Of a DNA stretch of 64,000 nucleotides, positions 35,601 through 48,476 are shown piece by piece. Within the stretch, counting starts at the first letter, position 1. The number at the start of each line of letters is the position of its first letter. Source of the stretch: Podarcis filfolensis (lineage: Eukaryota); NCBI GenBank assembly GCA_964270895.1, contig OZ185448.1, one strand, 5' to 3'. The notes under the pieces were generated by a model. It saw only the letters and a list, made by a program, of their open reading frames with translations, had not been told where the DNA came from and did not search any database. Both the position numbers and the translations under genes were made by a program.

Positions 35601-37472
35601 GGGATCCAAGCTCCACAGGGACTGTGCGGCTGCCGGCCACCTGGCGGATGTAGCTCACGCTGCAACAAAGGAAGAAGAACCAATGGCAGGGCTCTCTCTC
35701 TGTGTGCCCACCCTGTTTCCAAAGGCCCTGTTCCCTCTTCCTCAGGCAGAGCAGCTTACAGTTCTTTTTGTTCTTTCCTCTCCTACATGGGGGAAGTGCC
35801 AGCGGGAACTTGCAACAATTTGTGTATTTTTTGAAGTATTTGGCCTGGCTGGCTCAGGGCACCGTCTAATAACTCACAGATAAAGTTACTTCTGTTACAA
35901 TCTGCCTGTGATTATACACCGTGGGATATCTGCCATCCCTTAGAGCAACTTTGACCTGAATGGCAAGCAGGCAGAGGGAAAGGTCAGGCTGGTGTCATTT
36001 CTGATCCTTCGCTGTGTTTTCCTGATAGCACGAGTTCTGATCCACTCCTCTGTGCACCCCCTGGAATTTCACTGTCAGGCTTGCCAGGGCAAATATTATG
36101 GTAGCCAAAAGCTAAACTGAGCACAGGCACAAATCAAGCCCTGCGGTTCCAGCAGTACAGAATGCAGGCCCAAAACAGGCTTCTTGCCTTTAGCTCAGGG
36201 GCAGAGAGAGCATCCTCTTACAGAAGATAAACTGGAGAGGATGCATGATGTCAGGAGCCCCTCCAGCCCCACACCCAGATGCTGCCTCCATTGGGCAAAA
36301 CCTTTCTCTGTCCTGGAGGCAGCCACCCACCCTCTACCTGCTCTCTTGCCCTCACCTCCACTTTCTCAGGCAAGGCCAGTGGTCCACAACCCCCTCCAAG
36401 ACCACTGGCTTTTGAGGGGTTAGGTAACTGTCCCGGAAATGTTCCAGCGATGGGCAGAGAAGCTGTGGGACAGCAGTTTCTGGGGCTATAGCAGGGGCTG
36501 CTGGGGTGAAGTCCGTCCGGATTTTCTGCAACAAGGAGCAGGTGGTTAGTTCTACTTCTTGTTTCACTGGCAGGGGCTCAGTGTGGGTTGGCCCCTCCGC
36601 CACTGGCAAAAGGAAGGCTTAATCTGCTTCAGTCCTTGAGGTGTGCCAAGGGAAAAGGCCATCACTGGCCATGAAAGGGGCTCTGCTGTGTGGGAGGTGG
36701 CAATGTTTCTGAGTACCAGTTGCTGGAGACGGCAGAAGGGGGCTGATCTTGAGCTGAGGTGCTGCTTGTGAGGGAGTGGGGGCTTCCCCTTGGGACACCC
36801 GACTGGGGGACCTGGCTGGTCATCCTGCAAGAACAGGAGGCTGCAGGAGACGGGCTCGCCTTTTGCTTGATCAAGCTGTAGCGAGGCTCGCCTTCGAGGA
36901 GAGGGGAGCTGTTCTTGCAGACGGGAAGGGGACCCTTTGCAAGCTGGTACCTTCCTCGGGGGTGCTCCGGCGCGGGCTCTCGGTGCTGGCTCCTCGGGTG
37001 GCAGGTGCCGCTGGAGGACGGGGACCAGCCTGCCCATGACGTCGTCCAGGACAGGCGCGCCGAGCAGGAGGCTCAGGTCGCAGAGGCGCAGCGCCTCCCG
37101 ACTGGCCCTTCGTGCCCGGCACAGGCTCAGCACGCGGAAGAGGCAGCCCAGCGCCCACGCCCGCCGCCACACCGCGCTCACCGCCCGCCACGGGCCCACG
37201 TGCAGCCGCTCCCAAGAGTAGTCGCAGACCTGCTCGCCCAGCTCCAGGCAGGCTCGGCGGGCTCTCTCCGAGCCCAGAGACTCCTCGCCCGCATCGCCCG
37301 GGTACACCAAGGCGGCCGCCTCCTCCAGCAGCAGCGCCACGCGGGCCCCCTCCGCCCCCAGCCCCAGCGATCCCAGTCCCAGCCCGGCCCGTGTGCTCGG
37401 GAGCAGAGCCCGCACCGCCGCCCAGCAGGCAGCAGCAGCACTTGGTGCCTCCTGCTCCGAAGCAGTGGCCAT
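32647..37472 (-). CDS. KDM8: Lysine demethylase 8 / JMJD5 (7 coding exons, 424 aa)
   Basis: Exons 37472-36951, 36525-36356, 35659-35527, 35127-35086, 33816-33667, 33188-33096, 32811-32647 (1275 nt). Contains [35 protein letters not shown], the JmjC HQD..WHYVR metal ligands and the [10 protein letters not shown]-terminus. ATG in strong Kozak context. Confidence 0.97.
33886..34236 (+). mobile_element. Sauria SINE (lacertid POM type), full length
   Basis: GGGACGCGGGTGGC tRNA-like head and CCTTT tail; near-identical to four other copies in the window. Confidence 0.9.
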
Positions 37473-37479
37473 GGCCGGG

Positions 37480-38500
37480 CCCGGCGGGAGGGAGGGAGGA
37501 GAGAACCACTCAGGGGCCACGAGGAGGCCTCTCCCTAGAGTGAGCTGCCCCTGGACAGGGAAGCTCCATGCCACCCGGCGGGCGGAGGAGCTGGGCCGCT
37601 GGAGGTAGACTGCTCCTGGACAGGGAGGCTCTACTTGGCTGCGCAGGTGTCTTTCTCACCTCCCGCCACACGCCTGCGCAGAGCAATGCCGGATCTCTAG
37701 AGCACAGAAACAAAGACAGTCCGGGTTTGGGGGTGTGGGACTTCCGGGTTCCACATTCCGCAAGCCGTCATCAAGTGTTTCTAAGTGTTTCTTACAACAG
37801 CCCTGCAGGGAAGTTCACTGCTAATCTTACGGCGGCGTTGCAAATCCAGGCACCTTGGGAAACAAAAACGCCGCTGCAAAGATGAACAAGCAGAAATGTG
37901 TACTCTGCACGGGAGTCTAATTTTCATAAGTTTATGGGAGCGTTCTCACTCATCCCGCGCCTGCGCAACGAGAGCGCCCTTTCACTTTGCTCCGCCCACA
38001 GGCGTGTCCGGCCCCATTTCGTCTAAGCTCACGCGCAGCAGGGGCCGCTGGTTTACCGTAGAACTGCAAACGGGTAGACTAGCCGTGGGGAGAGTGGCTT
38101 CCGGGATCAGGCGTCTACCTGAGTCTCATGCTCCCCAACCCGACAGGAGAGGCGGCTCCACTCGGAGTCCATCCATGTTTGTTTTCATGGCCGCTTGCTT
38201 ATTTGTAACATTTAAAACATTCGCCCCGGTCTCTGAAAATGCAAACGCAGCCCCTCGGTATTCTCCCCACATTTCGGACCAAGGGAGGTGCTGCCGGGGC
38301 ACGACAGCCTTGCAGCGCAGCCCACCCTTGAGTGCCCTGTGCACGCGAAGCAAAGGTGCGATGCTGGAGCCCTGGGCGAAGCCTTTCCCTGTAGCAAAAA
38401 GGCCCTCTCCCCCCGGCAGCGGTTCTGCCCGAGCTCAGCATCGGGCATCCCCCTTCCCCGCCAGAGGGTCAAAGGCGTCGCCCTCCCGTCCTCGGCTCCT
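37480..38500 (-). promoter_or_regulatory. KDM8 CpG-island promoter
   Basis: CpG-rich; NRF1-like CGCCTGCGCA twice, ETS CTTCCGG twice; candidate non-coding exon donors at 37660 and 37831. Confidence 0.6.
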
Positions 38501-38613
38501 GCTGCCGCTTCCTCCCCCGCCCCCCAAAGTAGAGAGAAGGACATCTCCTGAGCCCCTCCTACTGCTAGGCACCCCCCCCCACATTCATTTGCAGGCTAGC
38601 AGGGTATGTTTGG

Positions 38614-38964
38614 TGGAAGCGGGTGGCGCTGTTGGTTAAACCACAGAGCCTAGGGCTTGCCGATCAGAAGGTCGGCAGTTCGGATCCCCGTGACGGGGCG
38701 AGCTCCCGCTGCCCACTCCCTGCTCCTGCCAACCTAGCAGTTCAAAAGCACCTCAGAGTGCAAGTAGATAAATAGGTACCGCTCCGGCGGGAAGGTAAAC
38801 GGCGTTTCCGTGGGCTGCTGTGGTTTGCCAGAAGCGGCTTAGTCATGCTGGCCACATGACCCAGAAGCTATACGCCGGCTCCCTCGGCCAATAAAGTGAG
38901 ATGAGCGCCGCAACCCCAGAGTCTGTCACAACTGGACCTAATGGTCAGGGGTCCTTTACCTTTA
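38614..38964 (+). mobile_element. Sauria SINE
   Basis: Same family; TSD-like AGGGTAT(G/A)TTT flanks. Confidence 0.9.
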
Positions 38965-40055
38965 GGGTATATTTAGAACCTTTTTGCTGAAATATGCTTT
39001 TTAGCTCCCTTTTATTGTATTTTGTTTGTATGTTTTACGTACATCGCCCTGTGCTCATCTGAGGAGGGATGGTGAAAAAATAAAGCAGACCAGGCTTTCC
39101 AGGGCGTTGTATTGAGGTGTTATTTCCTTGTTTCTTCGGTGTCAAGTACTGCCTGGGCAGTGCAGTTTCTACCATACGTGCATTCCTATTCTGCACCCTC
39201 AACAGGACTAGCAGCTTGCCTCAACATTGTTCAGACCTCCAATAACAGCCTCTCTTGACTGGCCTCCACCTGCTCACTTCAATGAATTTTGATCCAGGAG
39301 AGCTGCTTTTGTGCTCAGGTTCTTCTTTTGGGCTTCCCATAGGGGCATCTGGTTGGTCGCTGTGAGAACAGGAGGCCGGGCTAGATGGGCCCCCAAAATC
39401 TGGGCAGCAATGAAATGCAGGGTCAGGACTGAGGGAGACTGACCAAAAACGGTGTTGCATGGACATGCTCCAGGTTTCTCGGTGGGGATGGGTTTCCCCT
39501 TAACCCACTGTAGCCACCAGTCCATGCTCCTTCGCTTCATCAGACAGCACATTAAGATGATGGTGAGGAGATTCAGGAGACCAGCAGCAAGATTCCTGTC
39601 CTCTTGTGGCAAGAGCAGGCTTTGGATAGAGTTAATGTATAAACTGTGATATCTGATTGAATATTACCTATTAGATATAGATACTGATTTTATTCTGACT
39701 GCCGTAATATTAATCACATTTGCGCTTTCAGACAGAATGTACTAGGCTTGATCTTTGTGTGCCTCATGCCATCCTCCTTTGCTGTGTAAAGCTATGTTTA
39801 CATTGCATGCCACTTCCTGCCTTATCTGACCCTGGAAGGGTCAGATAATGATGTTTTGTGGAAGAGGTATGTGTTGACTTCACATCTGGGTGAGAACTTG
39901 CATTTCTCCTTGAAGCTATCTGGGGCCCAGAAAGAGGAGATGGGAGAGGAATTTATGACCTTCTCGCTGAAGGTCTGGTTGCCTAGACAACTATCCGATA
40001 AGTTGTAAGTTAAGACCCAAATATCCTGGGAACTTTGGGGCACCCCAAGGGAATT

Positions 40056-40312
40056 GTGAGCTCCCGTTGCTCGGTCTATGCTCCTGCCAACCTAGCAGTT
40101 CAAAAGCACATCAAAGTGCAAGTAGATAAATAGGCGGGAAGGTAAACGGCGTTTCCGTGCGCTGCTCTGGTTCGCCAGAAGCGGCTTAGTCATGCTGGCC
40201 ACATGACCCGGAAGCCATACGCCGGCTCCCTCAGCCAATAAAGCGAGATGAGCGCCATAATCCCAGAGTCGGCCATGACTGGACCTAATGGTCAGGGGTC
40301 CCTTTACCTTTA
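40056..40312 (+). mobile_element. 5'-truncated Sauria SINE
   Basis: 12-bp TSD AAGGGAATTGTG at 40047-40058 and 40312-40323. Confidence 0.9.
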
Positions 40313-41593
40313 AGGGAATTGTGGGGGAGTTAATATCAGTATGGAGCAATGTGTTTCTAACATCCCATGACCTGTAACTTTTCTTGATGTATGTAGAAAA
40401 ATGTTTTGATGTTTGGTGTCTATTTGTGTGCGGTGCTATATATGCTATATAATCTGGGTAACAAACCGGTGGTGTAAAAGTAAATTCTTACTAGAGGGAG
40501 GTAATTCTGTAGGAAGGCAAAGAAATGGGTTGGATCAGACACAGGCAAAGGATAGGGGGACTTCTCTAGTCATAAGCTTAAAAGCTTAGTATACTATATA
40601 TTAATGTGCCTATAATATTTAATAGTGGACCCCTGTTGCCTGTTCACTCTATGAATAATGGTTGACAAATTCTTTAATGCATTGCCTTGTTCTGGAGTCC
40701 AAAGTCAAATGTCTTCCTGAGCCTTGCCAGGTGTGGAGAGGTGGAGGCTGGGAGGCCTTCCCTAATCTTTACAAATGGTTAGGCTTTAAATTCGGCTTTG
40801 TAATTTCATGTACAGAATTGGGTGTGTGGGTGGCAATTCCAGATTAATTAATTAACACGTCATCTTAAGGTGTGAGCTTGCTTGTTTACTTGAAATATTT
40901 ATAAACGCCTCTCTTCCTCTTACAGGTGCTTACAGGGAACAGGGCTATGTTGGGCTTAGCTCAATAAACAAACATTAGCTTTAACGTGTCTGAGGTTTTA
41001 GTTTTCATATCCTATGTTATATGATAACTGTAATAATGCAAAAGTAAATGCATTCTTCATTTCCTGCATAAAATTGTGTGGAAATATTTGGTGGTATTTT
41101 TTTTGCTGAACCTGTTAGAAATGTGAGCCATTAACAAATTATCTTTGAAAGCTGCAATTTTTTTAACAGGAAAAACAACTTGAGGTCATTCGCTGACAAA
41201 GTGGGTTTATATTCTTTTTCTAAAGCTCTTTCTAAAAAAAGAAAAGGAGGGGGGGAGTGTTGAACGGGATATGTTTTGAATACATTCCAGGCCTTACGGC
41301 CTGATTACCCTTTTTCCGAAAGCTGCAGAATTGGCTATTAGTCTGTTTGTGCACAAATGAAAAGGGTTTTCAGGCTTTCCAAAAGGACTCTGAGCACAAA
41401 ACTATAATTTAGGAACAATGAGTCATTTGTCCAGTGGTGGAGTTTGCACTAACTACTAGACCAGACGAGCCTCCCCCCCCCCGCCCCCGGTGAAAGAGGC
41501 ACAATGTTCCCTCCTTCTCCCCACAGTGCATGGAGGCACACAGTGCTTTTTCCCGGGGGGGGGGGGGGTACAGGGGTACGCATACCCCTAAAC

Positions 41594-42517
41594 TAGGGTT
41601 ACCAGACATCTCCGTTTCCCAGGGACAGTCCCCGGATTTGTAAATTTGTCCCTGGACAAATTCCGTCCCCGGATTTCATCTAATGTCTCCAGGAAACGTG
41701 GCAGCAGCAGGGGCAGTCTCAGTAGCCCGGAGCCAGCCAGGAGCTGCCTGCTACCGTGGTGCCCGCCATTTTGCCTTGCTGGATGTCCCCATATGATGTG
41801 TTGCTCACAAGACACATATGGGGACTCACAAGACACATATGGAGAGTAGGGGCTGAAGACATGGTGTTGGGCACCGCCGCTGGACGAAAGCTGCGCGGGG
41901 TCATTGAGCTCTGTGTGCTGCTGCAACTTGGCGCTCAGCTCGCCGTCGGCACCGCTGCCCAAGGCCATCGGCTCAGCCTCCGGGTGGTGCTTGGGCAGCT
42001 GCGGCTGCTGCTTGGCTTCGCCATTGTGCTCCTCGACTTGCAAGTGGCGGCTCAGCTTGTTGGCCAGCTCGTTGTTGGCCATTGCGGATGAGAGGCGAGC
42101 AGGAGACGAGGTGATCCAGCCCAGGCGCGCCTCCTCCCACTTGCTCGCAGCCGGCTGTGCCCCGGACCCGCTGACTGGGCGTGCCATGGCGCGGATGGGC
42201 AGCCGCTGGACAATGCCTGCGCAGGAGACGCCCAGACAGATGGGCAGGGCAGCAGCAGGAGGAGGGGGTTCTGCTAACGCTTACTCCCAAGTAAGCTGGT
42301 AGGGGGTCGCAGTGCAACGAGGGAGGGTGGGGGAAGCACGGCTAGCACTCCAAGAAAGGCCAGGACCCAGAGGAAGGCCACGCTACAGAGGAGACCACAG
42401 AAGAGAAGATATTCTTTATTTTTTTAAAATATTTTTTTCTGTTTTTTAAAAACAGAATTGATTGATTGATTGATTGATTGTGTCCCTGGATTCATTGAAA
42501 TAAATCTGGTAACCTTA
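41594..42517. mobile_element. Non-autonomous hAT (Blackjack-like) element carrying a gene fragment
   Basis: TIRs TAGGGTTACCAGA / TCTGGTAACCTTA (1 mismatch), perfect 8-bp TSD CCCTAAAC at 41586-41593 and 42518-42525, and subterminal GTCCC(C/T)GGA repeats. Confidence 0.88.
41846..42082 (-). pseudogene. EFHD2: EFHD2 (swiprosin-1)-like exon-1 fragment inside the hAT element
   Basis: MANNELANKLSRHLQVE..ALGSGADGELSAKLQQHTELN..HHVFSPY matches, from memory, the EFHD2 N-terminus MATDELATKLSRRLQME..ALGSADCELSAKLLRRADLN..RRVFNPY. It is truncated before the EF hands. Confidence 0.8.
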
Positions 42518-45229
42518 CCCTAAACATTTTGTGAATCTTTGTACTTTTGTCCATTTACTGTATTCATTTCCCCCGATTTGAACTACAAAATGGCGATTTT
42601 CTTGAGTCAAAATGAGAGTACCCCATGTTTTTAAAGAAAAAAAGCACTGGAGACACAACAAGCAGACGGGCAGATCCATGTCAAACTGCAAGGTAGGATA
42701 CCCTCCCTAGGAGGAGCTGCCTTCTCACTGACAGACCAGACATTAAAAACGCAAACTGGAAGGGAGGCAGGAAGGGTTGCTATGGCTTCCTCCACATGGC
42801 CTTGGATCCAGGAACTGTTTCTTCTACATCATCCACACACAATCCAGATTGACTGCAACTTTTTTGCCCCTGAAAAGCACTTCCTGAGAAACTGGTTTCC
42901 TTCTGAACATAGAAGCTCATTGCTGATGGATTTTGCATTCCCATGCAGTGTGTCCATTTGGAAACCATTTTAGGCCGTCCTGGCAATGAGGTGGCGGTGA
43001 ATCTGTGTCTTGCCAAGATCACAACCTCCACTTCTTCCTTCCCCTGGGGCATGTCAGGGAGGAAAAGGTGGGGAGAGCCTATCCAGGGGAGGGTTTTAAA
43101 CACGTCTCTTATCAAGTAACTGCACCCACCCTTGTGGGCTTAGAGAAGAAAATGCTTAATAGGCCTGGTTACCTAAGGGAGCATTTTCTCAGTGCAAAAA
43201 AGAGGAAAGTGGAGGATGAGCTTGATTTCAGCTTCCTTGCCTGGGTGGTGTGCGCAAAGGTTCTGTGTGCATATCTTGGATGGAGGTTCCTAAACTTGAT
43301 AGAAGTCAATGGGCATTGAAGGGCCTGTGATGTGGTTTGCACGGTGTGCAAAGCTATTAACAGATTGGGCCCAGGTTATTGGAGAGACTGTTTGTTCCTA
43401 TACAAACAGCCCAGATCTCTGGTGGTCAGATGAGCTCCACCCCATACCACACTTTTCAAAGGTACAACACTCAGGGTGTTAGTCCTTTACCATTGCAAGT
43501 CCCCCTACCATGTGCAATGTTCTTCCGAAATTAGTTGGGCTTCGGCTGTGGGGTGTTTCCAGACGCAAGTGAAAGCTTCTCTATTCCCCAGGCATTTCCT
43601 GACAGGACCAAGGTCCTAGATGACTCTTGTGGTTCCTTCCAACTCTACAATTCTATGATTCTGTTACTGTGGGGCTGTTCTGGGTGCTCTGTTTTGTTCA
43701 TGGGTTTAAATAGATATTGTTATCATTTTAATGTGTTGGAAACCACTTCCCTATAGGTGAAAAGCAGCCTATATATTTATATTAAATAAAGAGGAGGGTC
43801 CTTACTCTTTGGGCAGGCTTGTGTGGAAGCAGCAAGTCCTTTAGACCCCATGAGCTTCTTGGACTGAGCCCCCACGAAGTGATTTACTCCCACCCAGAGC
43901 TTTTGTGGGGAGAACATCCCTTGAATTCTACACCCAAAACAGCTAAAAACTAGATTCTTATTTTTAAACTGGCTTTCTTAAGAGTTCTGTGTGTGGCTGG
44001 TGGCTCTTAACCTTACGTAAGGCGGGTGCAGAGGGTCAGGTGTTCAGCCATGGATATCAGCTTCTTTGCCAGGATTTTTCCACTTTGAAGGGCTTGGGAT
44101 GAACAGCAGGGGCTGGCAGCCTTTGTTCTTGTTCTTAAGCCGCTGACCTTGACTGCTGATCTTTTCAATGCCAAAGAAAAGCCGACATTAGTTCCAGGTA
44201 GTGGGACTGTGATCTGGTTTCTTTCAAAGGGGCTTCTGACTCTAGCGATGGGCAGCCCCTTCCTGCCTGCCCTCCCCAAACAATGTGTGGGTCTGGTGTC
44301 TGAGCAAAGGACCACATTCTGCTGGGCGGCTTCTTCTGCTCTGCCTGCAATGCCTTTCACAGGGAAAGGCCGAGCCATCGCTCTGGGCCCAGCGCTGCAG
44401 CCATCCTGCCCTTCTAGGTTTCTCTTCCCCTCCCCCACCCTTTTCATCCCTAATTTGAATTAATCACCAGAGTCCAGCCAGGGCTTCTGGGTTTTGTGAA
44501 AATGGCATAGACACATGCTCAGCAATTCACCACTCCAGTCCTAAGTGGGGCATTTTTACGAGATGGATCGATTTTTAAAATGACAGCATCTGTTTGCTTG
44601 TACACATTTATTTATAATTCTTCCCCTGGCGATTATAGCGGGAGCTGGGTGAGTAATAACCAGCTGTGTGAATTAGCAAGGAGAGGAAGCTGTTATTTGA
44701 TCTGTGAAGGAAGGCGGAAGCCGAGGCCAGAGGTAATAAAAATGCAACAGATGCCCCATCGATGCAGTCCCACGAAGGGACTTGTAAATTACCAGGAATG
44801 TTGACTAGCAAAACCAATCAGCAGCGATGGGGCTACACAGAATTTCTATGAGCCCTCTCCCATCCCACCAACATTTCACAGGCAAAAACAGGGCCACTTC
44901 TGTGTTTGGCTTGCAATACTCCTATCCCTTGCACCCCAGATTGCTAGCCCTGCACCGGTCCTATCCTTCTGTTTTGCTGAAGCCTCTTCTCTGCCATCTG
45001 TATGCTGTGCTCATCGACTCTTCAGATGCCTGCCTTCAAGTTCCACCATTACAGAAGCCAGCAGGTTACTTCTTTTTGCTAAAGATAGCTTGGACAGATA
45101 GAACTGGCCTCAACAAGGTTATTGACAGTTCAAAATACACCACAGCAGCTGCAGTGTGTTAGGAGCAGGGAGAGCCAAAGCAGGCATAGAGTTGGGAGAG
45201 CATGCCAAGAGATGGTGGGAGAGTCCACT

Positions 45230-45830
45230 CCCTGACCAGGCAATGGGTTCCCTTATCAGGCTGCTCTTTCCGTCAATAAGTTTATTCTACTGGTCAATCA
45301 AATTCTACCTGACCCTCTTCAGTTCCCTCCCCAGAATTCTGTTCTTAAAATGAAGCACCCAGAACTGGACCCAGTTCAGAATCAAGTGCAACTCTGGCTT
45401 CTTGCACCTTCGAAACTATTTAGTGTAGCCTCTAATCTCATTAGCCTTTTTTGAACTATCAACTGCAGGCTTGTTTTCAGCTTGTGATCATCTATGATTC
45501 CAAGATCCTTTCCATATAAACTGCTGTCAAGCCAGGGATCTTCTGTGCTATACCTGTGCATCTGACACCCCCACCCTACAGAACTTTGTCTCTGTTGAAT
45601 TTCATTTTGTTAGTTTTCGCCCAGTTTTCCAATCTGTCAAGGTCATTTTGACTTTAATCTTGACTTTTGAGCTGTTAGCCATTCCTCCCAGTTTTGTATC
45701 ACTCACAGCTCTGACAAGGATTCCCTCCAGCCCTTCATCTAAATCATGTTGAAAACTCCTGACCGTGTCCTAATTTGGTACCCCATAGGAAACCCCCCTC
45801 CACTTCGAAGAGGAGCCATGGATGGTCACT
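45230..45830 (-). mobile_element. CR1 LINE RT fragment
   Basis: Minus strand reads DRLENWAKTNKMKFNRDK, a CR1 RT motif. Ends approximate. Confidence 0.7.
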
Positions 45831-46151
45831 TTTTTAATTACATTCTCCAATCAGCTGTGAATCCACTTGAGGAATCCAACCTGCATTTAACCAGTTTGAC
45901 AACCAAAGCATCAAGGAGGGAACATGGTAACTACAGTATGCTCTGCCTCCACCATCAGAGGCTGTAATGCTTCTGAATATGAGTTGCTTGAGACCACAGA
46001 AGAAGAGAGAGTGCTCTTGTGCTTAGGTCCTGCTTGTGGGTTTCCTATTGGGGCATCTGGTTAGCCACTGGATGCTCAGGACCCCCTTTGGCCTGACCCA
46101 CCAGGGCTCTTAGGTTCTTGCCAAAGTCAACCTGCATTAGGGACATGTATG

Positions 46152-46496
46152 GGGACGCGGGTGGCGCTGTGGGTTAAACCACAGAGCCTAGGACTTGAAG
46201 GTCGGCGGTTCGAATCCCTGCGACGGGGTAAGCTTCCGTTGCTTGGTCCCTGCTCCTGCCAACCTAGCAGTTTGAAAGCACATCAAAGTGCAAGTAGATA
46301 AATAGGTACCGCTCCGGCGGGAAGGTAAACGGCGTTTCTGTGCGCTGCTCTGGTTCACCAGAAGCGGCTTAGTCATGCTGGCCACATGACCCGAAAGCTG
46401 TACGCCGGCTCCCTTGGCCAATAAAGCAAGATGAGCGCTGCAACCCCAGAGTCTGTCACAACTGGACCAAATGGTCAGGGGTCCCTTTACCTTTAC
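46152..46496 (+). mobile_element. Sauria SINE
   Basis: Same family, full length. Confidence 0.9.
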
Positions 46497-48150
46497 TATG
46501 TGTGATTGGTGGTCTCAGTCTCTCTCTCTCTCTCCCTCTCCACTGGTGCAGAAGGCTGGTGGTCATGTGACAACAAGCTTCTCCCCATCTCTGGCCTTTT
46601 CCCTACTGGAAAAGGAGCTTGGAGATTTTGCTGCACGCTCTGGAAGCTGCTCATGCCTTTGGTTGCTGCTCTCTCAAGTTTCCCTGGAGAGGCCCTGAAA
46701 GATATTGATTACTAATATGTGCAAAATTAATAGTTGCGCTGGAATGATCTTCCACTGATAAGCAGCTTGCTCCTGCTAGGGAAGATGCAGCCATGCATTG
46801 GAGCCGCCATGGTTTTTGCCACTGAGCATCATTCTGGAGCGAGCTGAGCGAGGAGTCTGCAATGACCGAGATGTCTTTATCAACCTGTTCCCTGCATTGT
46901 GTTTTTATCACGCCATCTGCTCTGTGGAGAGTGGCAGCTGCTGGGGTCGTACAAATAGCTCTGTTGTGTACTTGCGTGTAGAACAACATATTGTCATAAT
47001 TTCTCCGATATTACTGGATGGAATAACTTTAACCGAGATAAGGTGACATTATTCCTGGCACTTTGCAATGTGTGGGTTGGAGACAGGGTGTTTTTGCAGT
47101 GGGGAGGGAAGATCAATGCCTCTCACAGCCAGTTTCCCCCTCCCCAACTGCTTCCTGAAAGCCCAAGAAACAGGAAGCCGTACTTCCTCTCTGGCTTTAA
47201 TGTGGAAGATACAGAACCACAATGAATTGCAGACTTCGGGGCTATTTAGAGCATGTCTGGCTGGCTTCACAATGCATAAAGCCTCTGACATGCAGGCTGT
47301 GCACACACCATCCATTTTAAGCACAAGGCTTCCCCCCAAATTATCTAGTTTGCCTTCTGCAGAGCTAGCATTCCCAACACCCATAACAAACTACAGTTCC
47401 CAGGATTCTTTGGAAAGCCATGTGTTTCAAAGGGATCATGGGTCACAGAATGACCACCTGCTCCTTTAGTCACATCTTAGGGCATCTTCTTCGAGAAAGC
47501 CTACTGGCTGCCTTCCCGAGCTTTTGATCCCTTTTGATCCCTTGAGAAGCCTCTTCTTTAGACCACTTCCTTCTTTCCTTGGGGATCAGGCCAGTCTCCT
47601 TCCTCTGGCCACAATGTTTTGCTCCTACCTAGTAGCTCATTTGGCTACTACAGGGTGGATAGGCCTTTTCATTATGCCCAGAGAGTAAATACCCACTCTG
47701 TGGCAGGAGCTGGGCTCGAACAGGGGAAGAGCACCAGGAAAGGGTTAATCCCCTGCCCCTGTGGGGTTGTGGCCTGGATCCAGATTGCTCCAGTGCAGCT
47801 GCATTTTCTCCTTGCAAAGAGTGCAAGCAGTGGCGTAGCATGGTGGTGGCGAGGGGGGCAATTGCCCCGGGTGCAAAATTCTGAAGGAGTGCAACCAAGC
47901 ACCCCCACAACAGGCTCCCCCATCAGGCTGAGACACAGCAACATTGGCGGGGGGGGGGGGGTTACGGCTGGCAAGCAATGGTGGGACATGGAAGGGAGAG
48001 GGCAGTCCCAACGTGGGTGCCCGCCAGCATGTCCCTCACCCTCATGCCTCGCTACCGCCACCTGGTGGAGCCTCTGCAATTCAATCACTACTTGCAGGGT
48101 GCCCTCCACGCACCCGCTCCTCCTCCTCTGGGCAAGAGGTGCGTCTTGGC

Positions 48151-48476
48151 CAGGGGTCAGCAAACTTTTTCAGCAGGGGGCTGGTCCACTGTCCCTCAGA
48201 ACTTGTGGGGGGCCGGACTATTTTTTTTTGGGGGGGGGGAAATGAACGAATTCCTATGCCCCACAAATAACCCAGAGATGCATTTTAAATAAAAGGACAC
48301 ATTCTACTCATGTAAAAACACCAGGCAGGCCCCACAAATAACCCAGAGATGCATTTTAAATAAAAGGACACATTCTACTCATGTAAAAACATGCTGATCC
48401 CTGGAACGTCAGCAGGCTGTATTTAGAAGGCGATTGGGCTGGATCCGGCCCCTGGGCCTTAGTTTGCCTACCCATG
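48151..48476 (+). mobile_element. hAT (Charlie-like) MITE with an internal duplication of about 70 bp
   Basis: Ends CAGGGGTCAGCAAAC..GTTTGCCTACCCATG; 7/8 TSD GTCTTGGC/GTCTTGGT; the CCCACAAATAACCCAGAGATGC block occurs twice. Confidence 0.82.

Noticed and set aside
34987-35883. 298-aa plus-strand ORF
   Set aside because: Antisense to two KDM8 exons and their introns; no recognisable domain.
36564-38639. Antisense and alternate-frame ORFs over KDM8 exon 1 and its promoter, and the 336-aa extended ORF
   Set aside because: GC-rich shadow ORFs. The extension starts at a non-ATG codon and runs through the clear donor at 36950.
47828-48064. Third CAGTGGCGTAGC-type MITE
   Set aside because: The right TIR is degenerate and no TSD can be matched; probably an old relative but not supportable.
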